A stretch of 64,000 nt of DNA, from assembly GCF_964355755.1 (NCBI RefSeq), contig NC_092674.1, positions 10,850,001 to 10,914,000 of the forward strand. Direction: 5' to 3'. The notes under the pieces are model-generated. The model did not search any database. It had not been told where the DNA came from and saw nothing but the letters and a program-made list of their open reading frames with translations. The stretch's first letter is position 1, and each line of letters begins with the position of its first letter. Origin of the DNA: Antedon mediterranea. Lineage: Eukaryota > Animalia > Echinodermata. This document shows positions 50,801 through 62,800 of this stretch, in pieces. A program made the translations under genes and the position numbers.

Positions 50801-53800
50801 TTTATAGTGAGCTTTAAGTTTATATAGCAAATATAAAATTGCCTGTTAGGTTGACTACTGGTGAGTTAAAAAATTCAATGTAGCCATATAAAATTTCTAA
50901 AAATGTACTTTATCGCAAATAACGTTCGCAGTGCATGATGGGAAGGAATTGGGAGCAACAGCACCACCACCAGTATAATAAGTTGTTATTATACTGGTGG
51001 CACTGTTTTTCCAAATTCCTTCTCATCATACATCATGAACGCTCTGTGTGATTATTCTTTTGCAATTGAATTGTTACACATACCAATGTGTTTTATAGCA
51101 TGTTGTGATGTTAATATCTTTAATTTAATCCTTTGAATTCTACTTACCCTATACACTTAACATATTCCAGATATCCTATAAGGATTTCATGATATACTGC
51201 CGTTCTATAAGCACGAGGTTGGAAGAAATGTACACTATCTAAATAGGCAATATAAACTCTCCTGTAACATAAAAAAATATCAAGGAATACAGGTTATGAA
51301 ATGTACACTATATAAGTAGGCAATATAAACTCTCCTGTAACATAAAAAAATATCAAGGAATATAGGTTAAGAAATGTACACTATATAAGTAGGTAATATA
51401 AAATACAACAAAAGCATTGAATACACACATGCAATGGAATAAGAAATTGTGATTTTAATTAATAATTTTAGTCCACATGTCTTATATTATATTTTGCAAT
51501 GTAAGCCTAGGCTACACTAACAAATTCTTGTCTGCATTTTGCTAGTGTAGACATCTACATACTGGAACTGGTCTTTACACTAGAGTGGAGCTGTGGCTTG
51601 GTGGTTATGATGCTTGGCTACCAATCTAAGGGTCCTGGGTTCAAGTCCTGTCATATGTCAGGGTTTTTTTCTCATGACAATTTACAACTCCACTCCCAAA
51701 GACTTAATAATAAGTCTTTGTTTATGTAGAGCATCTTGTGTATATGTTTGTCTTGTGAAATTATTAAATAGTTTATCCATCCTGTAATTGGCGGGTTACT
51801 CGCTGATGAGTATAAAATAAAATAAAAAATCTTTGGAAATCTTCTTACAGTTTGACTATTTCCACATCTTTTCATCAAAGGGGTGTCCTACTATAAATAT
51901 ATTTTAATTTCTTCATAAATAAATGTTATTTATTTAAATAATACCCTCTTTAATGAGGGTGGCCTATTCAGTCCCAGTGAAAGACATTATCATTAGGGGC
52001 CTCGATAAAAAAAAAAAAAAAACAAACATATAAATATCTCATAAAAAACTTTTAGATTTTCAGGTCGACTATGTCCTTTTAACACGATTACATGTGTCAG
52101 GTTGTTGTACTTTAAAAGTGAAAATCGTTAACATTGTTGATGGATAAAAATAAACTAGAGCAATAAATTGTTTGAGTTGAAGTTGATATCAACAGTAAGT
52201 GAATATGAATGAAACATACCGACTGTTCGGTTGCGGACAGTCTGCACCATATTCTTGTACGTGCATTCCAAAGAAACACACGTCAACACCATCTATCTCT
52301 TCAAATGCAAACAATGCTTTGGCACGGTAAGGGAAATCTGTGGGAAACTCTCCTGTATCACAAAACCTGTAAACAACAAGAAATATCAATTAATCAATCA
52401 CTCAACACATAACTGATTACTAGCGACATATCTGGGATGACACAAGGAACGAGTTTAGTCATAGATAAACATGGCCAGGTCAGGATGTAAACCACTAGGG
52501 AGAGTGCACAACCACCAGTCGAAAATCACAGAAAGAAATAAATAAAACATTTTGTGTTTTGCTAAATTGAGTACTATCAGATATGGATTATTAGTTATTA
52601 GTTTTCTTGACATGTCGACAACTGTTCAGGTGGTCAATGCTTAAAGGCCAGGTGCGGGCAAAAAATTTCTATTGATCATACATTCCAATAATTATCGATC
52701 TATAGTTTTCCCTATGTTTCATAATTTTTGGGATTTTATTTGTGTTACATGAGCTTGTTGAAAATAAGCACTTTCATATCAGTGGGGGGATAGTCAAATT
52801 ACACAGTAAAATCTTTATTCTTTTGTACACAAATTTTGTAAATAGAGAGGCATTTTAAAAAGCTATGAAAAAATAAATGGTGTGGTAAAAAATGTTATCA
52901 GATGACTAAATATAGGTAATATAACTTGAATATTACATTTCTAATATTTTTATTCAACTTCAGATTTTTATTTTCATGCTATAGTAAAAATTATCCACTG
53001 TATATCCACCATCTTTTTTCACTGTCTAGGGAGTCACCAGACATGTTATTACATTAGGTTAACTACCTAACTACTGAAATAAAGTCTTCCTGGTTTTTTT
53101 GGAAGAATTTTGCCAAATTTGTATTTGACCATATTAAGGGAAATTCATGTTTTTTCGTCTCGATTTCTGTTACAAATATTTGGTTTATGTACAATTAACC
53201 AAATATTATATTTAAAATTCATGCCTGTACCTGAGCTTTAAAGTAATTTTTACTTATTTTGATATCCTTTCACACATTGTCTTCTTTTTTCTATATATAT
53301 CTGTTCTTTTTTGTTTAATGTGTGGAAAATAAATAAATGAAACAAACAGGGCCACCTTAAATGATCACAATAGGTTCAAGGCACTCATTGGCTATAATAG
53401 TACTGGTGGTAGCAAAAAGGACGGAGTGCATCTTACAGAAAGAGTAGAGGGTTACCCCAAGTAAGCCCCGTCGTAAATCGCTTCAGCAGGCTAATAACTC
53501 CACCATCATATCCCAAAGATTTGCTTTCCTAGAGGATTAACTATCAGATAACTAACTGTATTATAATATTATAGTATTTTATCCAAATTATTCAAAATGT
53601 TTTATAGAAACCTCATCATTTTACAGATTATTTTAAAGTTAAAACTACTTTGTAATACTTGCCTGGATTTCATTCCAGGTTTAATTTCAACCATCTTGTC
53701 GGAGCTGGACAATACTCTGATAGAAACTTCACCTGCTCCTGAACAGTGTGTCCGTAGATATTTATTAACCCTAGTTTCAAGATGTAAACCTAATTTTGTC

Positions 53801-56800
53801 GTTGCCAACTCTGTGAAGAAATGGAAAGAAATTTGTTAAATCAATGATGGCAAATTCAAATCAGTCGATTTGTTTGTTGACAATTATTTTAAGCTATTGA
53901 ATGAGGCAATCATTGATATACAGATATTACTACTAGGCTCTAGATCTATCTTTTGTGTACAGTCGACCTTCTCATTTACACACTTCTCAATTACGAACTT
54001 TCTATTTTACGAACGCCGTTCAAACGATGACATCATCAGTTAAAACTTTACATACCTACTAATTTATTATCTTCTTAGTTTATTAAACTATCCCAAAACA
54101 ATTATTTTCGTAAATAAAGCAAAGGTTATTACAAACGATCCACGTATTCTATTTATTTCTAGTTTAAAAGTTGTCTAGGCTTAGGCCGTTTAGTCTAGGC
54201 CCAAGCTAGTGGTTAGGAGATCATCATCCCCACTGCTGGAGTGCATGGCGAGAACCTTGCACATGTTTTTGAAAAAACCAAAGATTTATTGCGAACTGCA
54301 AAAAGGCTAGCTACGATGACCATACTATAAATTTAGTTTGGTTTGTGCATGTTTTTACGATATAAATAAACACTTGACTCTTATTTATTAACATTTTAAA
54401 ACTTTGTTGTCAGTCGCCGCATAGCCATTTCTCTGGGAATTCCATTTTACTTGCTGCTGTTTATCCACCACCACACATACATAGTAGCTTCAAAATGTAA
54501 TATATTTGCGGTCCAGAACGGATATGATATTATTACTTCAAGAACATGTTCGTAAATTACAGTTTGTATCAAAATATGCAATAATAAAAAGTAAACGATG
54601 GAATTTTTGTACAGCGATGTGTGTAACAAAACAAAAAGCAGAAATATCAATCTTTTTGGCTAGAATTGTTTTATACTGTATTTTGAATACTGTTTGTTCT
54701 TTTACTGTACTATTCACATTAAGTTTTACATAGGGCATTTGTTTGGACATGTTCTTACCACTGATTTTAATAGAGTGCGCTTTTTTCCGAACCTTCTGAT
54801 TTACAAACTTTTTCATTTATGAACGCCTCTCAGACCAAGGGGTACGTAAATGAGGTCGACTGTATTAGCAGTTATTTGGTTGGGTGCCTTGACGTAGGTT
54901 TTAACAATGCCAAAAAGTCTGTTAGAGGTTCTAGAAATTTAGTTTCAACCACAACATAGCTAGCTATTAATTAACATTTTAAGGACAAAATATAAAAAAA
55001 AAAGTAGTAACACACTGTTTTTCAATTTTGTTTTCTGAGTATATCATTCTTAATTAAACGATTGACTTACTTTTGGCAACAAACTTGTGTTCTTTCTTTT
55101 TGACTGATTTTGCTTTTTTACAGTTTTCACACACAAAACTAATAAAGGAAAAATTACAACATTAACCACAGTTTCTGTAAATAGTAATAAAAATATATAT
55201 ATATATTTCCAGTATTATAAATGACATAATATTGATATAAATAGAATGTTTAACTAACTTTCTTGCAGGTGCCATTTTGTGGCCAACTTTTATGCAGTTT
55301 CCACTTTGTAACTAACTTTCTCGCAGGTGACATTTTGTGGCCAACTTCCTTGCAGGTGCCATTTTGTGGCCAACTTTTACGCAGGTTCCATTTTGTTGAT
55401 AACTTTTACACAGGTTTCATTTTGTAACTTACTTTCTCGCAGGTGCCATTTATGGCCAACTTTCTTGCAGGTGCCATTTTTTGACCACCTTTCAAGCAGG
55501 TGCCATTTTGTGGCCAACTTTTACGCAGATTTCATTTTGTAACTAACTTTCTCGCAGGTACTACTTTGTGACCAACTTTCTAGCAGGAGCCATTTTGTGG
55601 CCAACTTTCTAGCAGGCACCATTTTAGAACCACCTTTCTAACAAGTTGCGTAAATCAACCACTTACCCCTCAGGCCAGATTGTGTCGTTGTGCAGCACAC
55701 AGATTTGATGTAACATCCTTCCACACTCCATACATTCAACAAATCTAAAATGGAAAAACAAACAAAAAATTAACAATCAAACAACAATGAAGATTTTGTT
55801 TTCATTTTTCAAGTAATTTATTCAACACAGTCATCAGCAAAATGCAAATTTATAATCTGAAGATGTCCTGTCACGCAAAAACATGAGCAATGAAGAGTAA
55901 CAAAATCAGACTTTGAATAGGTTATTTTGTAATTTTAATAAAGTTAATCACTTCTGTAGGAAAAAATGTTTTCACTTATAAAATGACAAACTAAACTGTA
56001 TAAACCTATTGGCTGGCAGCCAATTTGAATATTTTTTTGATTAAAATTGGTAAATATATATTTTTTTTATCATCCAATTATTTGTATGAGTGTTATGTGA
56101 CATTGAAATGGCATATTCAACAAAAGAATGTCTAAGTTTTCTGTGATTTTATCTTATTGTATTTCTTAATTCTTATTGTATTCTTTCCTGCCTTTTGTAT
56201 CTTTTAAACGTGTATAAATAACATGATGTATACTTACGGTTCAGGATCTAGGGCATCGTTCTTCATTTTAACAAACTGGTCCTTCTTTATGCTCCTAAAA
56301 CAAGTAGTGTTAACAATTTAAATATTTATTGACAATCAGGCACCTGGGCTTTCAAGTACAGTATACTGTATCATTTTCAAGTTAGATGTGCCATGTAGAC
56401 AAAAAGAATTACAACAATGGACAATACCATTGTAAAGCTCTGTCTACACGATCAAATTAGTTTAACAAAAAAGTGTGACATGTCCAAATATGGGCACATC
56501 AAAATTTGATAGTGTAGAAAGGGGGAAATTTTATTTAATTGATAAGAATACAAAATTGGGAGTAGGTTGCTACCACCAAAGATCAAAGCCGTTATAATTC
56601 CCTAGGGAAATTATTTGTTTTTTGTCTGACGTCAACAGATTACACAGAAATCCAATGACATCGTTGGGTTTGAACAGGTCTTCAGATCCATTAGCTGAGC
56701 ACTATTCAGCCAAGAAGAACTGGCATAAAAAAATCGTTAATATAACCTACAAATATGACCTCTGACATCGGGAACAAACAGCATGAATTCAGATCGCGTC

Positions 56801-59800
56801 AGGCTTTTCTATTTGGATACTGCTAGCCTTTAGTATCCGTTTGTGAACATAGCCTCACAGACTGTACATTATTTAAGCGAAGCACTTGGTGGATATGTGA
56901 ACTTGCACAATTTCTTATTATTATTCCAGTTTTAGTTGGTTGACTTCAGGAGGAACATTTCATTCATCAAATGCTTAATTATTGTTGTGAAATTTTTTAT
57001 AAGCAGATAAAATTCAAACAGAATCATTTTTTTTAAAGCTGCCAACTATCTATTCCTATTTAAGAAATAAGCTATAGCCGCGAAAATCGATGTACGATTC
57101 CAGCGATTTCTTTTTGAATGGGTAATCATCAACAATTCTATTTTTTGACATATATGGTGGTATGATACTGGCGTGACAACAAGGCAATACATGAGCATAC
57201 AGATATGTACAAATAACTATATGCAATAGACATTTTCAGAACTAATTACCCATTTATTCAATGTTAAAGTTATAATTTATGTCATATCAAAGGGCAGTAT
57301 AATCTTTAGGTTATGGGAACTTCAGTTTGTCTGCCCTCCTCCTGTGTGTCGTTTATATCTATATATTTTGTCATGTTGTGTATTTAGGAGGAAATAAATA
57401 TATTATTACTATTTATACTTTAAGTCAAAGTTCACAAATAGACAGGAGACAAGAAGAAAAACTTACGTTTGTTGTAGTTGCGTTGGATCGTCCCCTAACG
57501 ACACATGATCTGTAGCAATGTCAGCAAAGCACTTCTCACAGAAATGGTATCTGTCAGAGAGAATGCCAATACCAGATGAGCTAAGATTGATGAAGAATGT
57601 GAAGAAGCAACAGCACGATGATGATGATGATAACAGCATCAGTCAACGAGGAAAGACACGTACGCGGTGGCGGACATGTGATAAAATGCGTAGCCCACAT
57701 GCAAGGTGAGATATACACAAGCACGGAGAAATGAAGGAGAAAAAAAAAACGGGAAAACGATGCAGTAACAGTGCGTTAACTATTATGGTTACTAACCAAC
57801 AGAAATGACGTATGCATGCAATGGAGATGCTAGGCCTTTATAATGAGATGGGCTGACAGACATTGTTACTGGCAAACCCTCTCTTTAAATAAATTTGTTA
57901 ATGATTTTAAATTTTAAAATAATCAAATTAATTTTAATAATTGAAATAAAAATGATCAATAGCAGTTTACAAAAAAAAAGCAGAAAAAGCAAATTTGTTA
58001 AAGATTAATAAAGAAAACAAAACATTATTTGTATGAATTGTGATTAATAAGAAATTTGATATATTTTTGAAAATGTTAATTAGGTCGAGTGGTAGGCAAA
58101 AAAAACCACTCCAATCCATAGTAAAATATATTAACAGCAAATAAAATGTAGAAATTGTTTTGTTAGTAAAATATAGCCATACATGATAAAAGCCAGGCAT
58201 TCCACAATATTTATAAAATAAGTTTTAATTTATGTAATACATTATTATAAAACGTCATTCAATTATTTCATAGTAATGAAAAGAACATAGTTGCCAAAAG
58301 TTCAGAAAAATAGTAAATGCAATACTGTACTGATTCAGATATATTCCCAGGGTACAAAAAAAATCAATCGAGAATCACTTTCATGCAAAATTAGGCGTTT
58401 ATTCCAAACAATGTTAGGACGTTTCAAATAAATTTGGTATATTCATCCCCAAAATTACATAATGGAATAAATGTTATATTTCGAAGTGATCAATGACCCA
58501 CTGGTTGACTGCTTGCTTGTTTCCTGCCCTCTGGTTCCCTGCCCTCTGGTTCCCTGCCCTCTGGTTCCCTGCCCTCTGGTTCCCTGCCCTCTGGTTCTCT
58601 GCCCACTGGTTCCCTGCCCTCTGGTTCTCTGCCCTGTGTTTCCCTTCCCTTCGGTTCCCTACCCACTGGTTTCCATGCGGATTATACCTGAATCAGTACA
58701 CTAATGACAAAGCATATTAGGAAATGAAGCTATCATAGTTCAGAAAGAAAACACATTAAGATTAATTAACATGAAACTAATAGTGGAACCCTTGAATTAT
58801 AAAAGAATTAAAAATGTAATCTAAACATATTTTTTTAAGATTTTCCACATGACATGACTTCAATACACTAAAACAATATTTATTGTACTAGTTATGGGTG
58901 GGAGTGAACATAATTCAGTGGTTCTATGGTTACAATAACTAGTTATGGGTGGGAGTGAACATAATTCAGTGGTTCTATGGTTACAATAACTAGTTATGGG
59001 TGGGAGTGAACTTAATTCAGTGGTTCTATGGTTACAATAACTAGTTATGGGTGGGAGTGAAAATAATTCAGTGGTTCTATGGTTACAATAACTAGTTATG
59101 GGTGGGAGTGAACTTAATTCAGTGGTTCTATGGTTACAATAACTAGTTATGGGTGGGAGTGAACATAATTCAGTGGTTCTATGGTTACAATAACTAGTTA
59201 TGGGTGGGAGTGAACATAATTCAGTGGTTCTATGGTTACAATAACTAGTTATGGGTGGGAGTGAACTTAATTCAGTGGTTCTATGGTTACAATAACTAGT
59301 TATGGGTGGGAGTGAACTTAATTCAGTGGTTCTATGGTTACAATAACTAGTTATAGGTGGGAGTGAACTTAATTCAGTGGTTCTATGATTACAATAACTA
59401 GTTATTGGTGGGAGTGAACATAATTCAGTGGTTCTATGGTTACAATAACTAGTTATGGGTGGGAGTGAACTTAATTCAGTGGTTCTATGGTTACAATAAC
59501 TAGTTATGGGTGGGAGTGAACTTAATTCAGTGGTTCTATGGTTACAATAACTAGTTATGGGTGGGAGTGAAAATAATTCAGTGGTTCTATGGTTACAATA
59601 ACTAGTTATGGGTGGGAGTGAACTTAATTCAGTGGTTCTATGGTTACAATAACTAGTTATGGGTGGGAGTGAACATAATTCAGTGGTTCTATGGTTACAA
59701 TAACTAGTTATGGGTGGGAGTGAACTTAATTCAGTGGTTCTATGGTTACAATAACTAGTTATGGGTGGGAGTGAACATAATTCAGTGGTTCTATGCTTCT

Positions 59801-62800
59801 AAAATGATAATAGTTTCCTTAACTTACCTATTTTGATATGTAAAATATGTTGCATCTCTGGAAATAGTGCAGAGTTGTTTTCCAAAGCAACAGAGTACTT
59901 GAGGATGAAAAACATGCTGTGGAGAGAATACAAAAATTAAAAATGAATAATTACCAAGAATCAACGCCACATTAGTTTTATATTATTATTCTCTCATAAA
60001 CTGTAAATTCTGAGAATTTGACTCAAACATAGACTTTTCCTAAGCTCAAATGGTTCCACAATTATTAAATCATTAAAAAAATCATCATTTTTTTGTCATT
60101 TATATTTTCACTTGGCTTTAACCTCGTGGAAATATAAATTTCATCTTTCACCTCATGAAATAATTTGTACCATTTCACTCATAAGCATTCATTATTTGTA
60201 TAATATATACCATGATATTCTATTGTACAGAAGACAGTTCCATGAAAATAACCTTAGGTAATATCAAAACGGTATTTTCTATTGCATTTGTGGGCATTTT
60301 CTATAAAGTTCTTTCATCACTGTACCTTAGTACCACAACAAAAGCCTAGCTTCTTCATGACTGGCGTAATCTCTTGCTCAAACACTTCTCCCAGCTTAGC
60401 ACAGTACTTGTAAACTCTCGAGGTTTTACGGTTGTAAAGCCAAGCGTTTTCGAACATAAGCCAAACATCATTCACATATTGCCACGGGTCCGTGTACTGT
60501 CCGGTGTCAAGCCTCCTCTTAATCGTTGATAGATCCATTGGACGCTTTACTATATCAAAATAGTCCTGCAGAAAAAATGTTATTATATTTATTATCCTAC
60601 TAGGAAACAAATGCAATATTATTCAAATAAACTATAATATAAAATCAATTTCGAAATTTACCGGAATCTGGAGAAACTTTGGATCAACAGGCTGTCGGAA
60701 GGGAAGCGATTCGGGATCTTGTCTAAATAACTTTTCTAACGTTGGCATCAACGCTTGTCGTAGTTCATCAGGTTTAAACTCTGCAGAAAAAAATAAGGGA
60801 AAAAACCATCTTTATTTATAAATGCACAATATAGAACAGAAATAGCTTCTTATACAAAAACCATACAGTGAATTTACAACTTTTTTTTTATAACATTATG
60901 TTATATTTATCTACAGAAAATTGTTCCTTTTTCCCATAAAATTACCATGTTTTAAATTGGATGGGTTAAAGGTGAATATTACATAGCCTATGTAAATACG
61001 CTAACGTACGCTAACGTGATTGGTTGAAACTGCATCACATGACTACCGCTGCGAGGATCGTAAATCGTATATATCCTCGAGAATGATGATATTGACTGTG
61101 TAATTTTCGCGTAATTATCGTGTCCCCTGTCATTAAACATATAGATTCTCGAGTACGATGATATTGACTGTGTAATTTTCGTGTGCCAACACTCGCGTTG
61201 CCGATAAATAAACAAAAGTCATCAACTCGATCTTGAACTCGGGTGGAATTGTCACTCCATCGCTTCAACCGCTGCGCCACGGAAGTTGCTTGAAGAAATT
61301 AATAATCTAAACTATTTAAACTATGCATACATAGCGCCCTCATTTGTTACAAGTCCACCCTAAATGTGATGAAACACCGTTTGTGATTGGTCAATACTCA
61401 CGGTAGTAATCTAGTACGCGCTGAACATCCGGTGATTCGGCTCCTCGAAGATCGAGAAGAAGACGAATTGTTTATTCGGCCTACCTGATTATAATATTAT
61501 TATTTTTAATAGGCTTATTGATGGAAATTCTTCCGTTTATTTAAACGACCTAGGCCTAAGTGAATATTTTATTGCCAAGGAATCATTAATTAGTAATTAT
61601 CTGTATATTATTCTTCGCAAGGTAAGGTGTCTAGGCAGGCTTGTTTAAATACAATACAAATACTATAGGAGGCCTAGCCTAGCTTCACCCAACCCAGCAG
61701 ACTTGTTCTTGGCTATATAATATAACAGATATTGCCTTTTATATCGGTTAAATATAAGATTTGACATCCCCTCGGGAATGATATTAAGTTCTCGGGGAAT
61801 ATATATTTCCCTCAGCTGGCGCTTCGGGAAATATATATTCCCTCGAACTTAATATCATTCCCTCGGGGATGTCAAATCTTATATTTAACCTCTAAGCAGT
61901 CAATATCTGTATAATAATTATAGCGTCCAATAATGTGCAAATAGCCCTCAATTATATCATATCAGACAATTTGTACAAACCTTTCTTGTTTCGTGGAGCT
62001 TTAGGTGTTGTAGACGTACCAGGCTCGACTTTCATCACAGCCTTAGTATCAACTGAGTTAACCTCTGGTGAAGCAGAGGTTGTTGCAGACGCTGCAGTAG
62101 CATTGCCCTTCCCACCCGTTGCTCCGCCACTATTAGCCTTCGAGGGGGCAGGCGTGTCAGTTTCCATTTTAACGCCCGTCATGCTCATGGTACAGCTATC
62201 CGACGTAGTGGTACCGGGTTCGGTTTTAATTTGAACGATGTTGGCCTTGGAATCCTGTGACATGCTACTACTAAGGAACGGTTTATCACCGGTGTCGTTA
62301 GGAAGGTTTGCGTCAGCTACTGAAGGTGGGTTGCTTTTGCCTCGTGATAGCCCTTCTGACTTGCCATCTGTTGATACTGTTGTCTCAGAGCCCTATACAA
62401 TAAAACAACATTATTATCATATCAATTCAAAGTCTTTGTACTGTATTTGAATTCATTTGTCATGTTTTTGGGGGACAATACACATTTAAAGGCCAAGTGC
62501 GGGCAAAAAATTTCTATTGATCATACATTCCAATAATTATCGATCTTTAGTTTCCCCTATGTTTCATAATTTTTTGGATTTTATTTGTGTTACACGAGCT
62601 TGTTGAAAATAAGCACTTTCTTATCAGTGGGGGGATAGTTCAAATTACACAATAAAATCTCTAATCTTTTGTACACAAATTTTGTAAATAGAGAGGCAAT
62701 TTAAAAAGCTATGAAAAATAAACGGTGTGGTAAAAAATGTAGGTAATATAACTTGAATATTACATTTCTGATATTTTTATTCAACTTCAGATTTTTATTT

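Noticed and set aside
58471-58720. Repetitive ORFs (CPLVP)n / (ALWFP)n
   Set aside because: They are translations of a 15-bp intronic minisatellite.
58888-59795. CRISPR-like array
   Set aside because: Units are head-to-tail identical with no unique spacers, there are no cas genes, and the context is a eukaryotic intron; it is a minisatellite.
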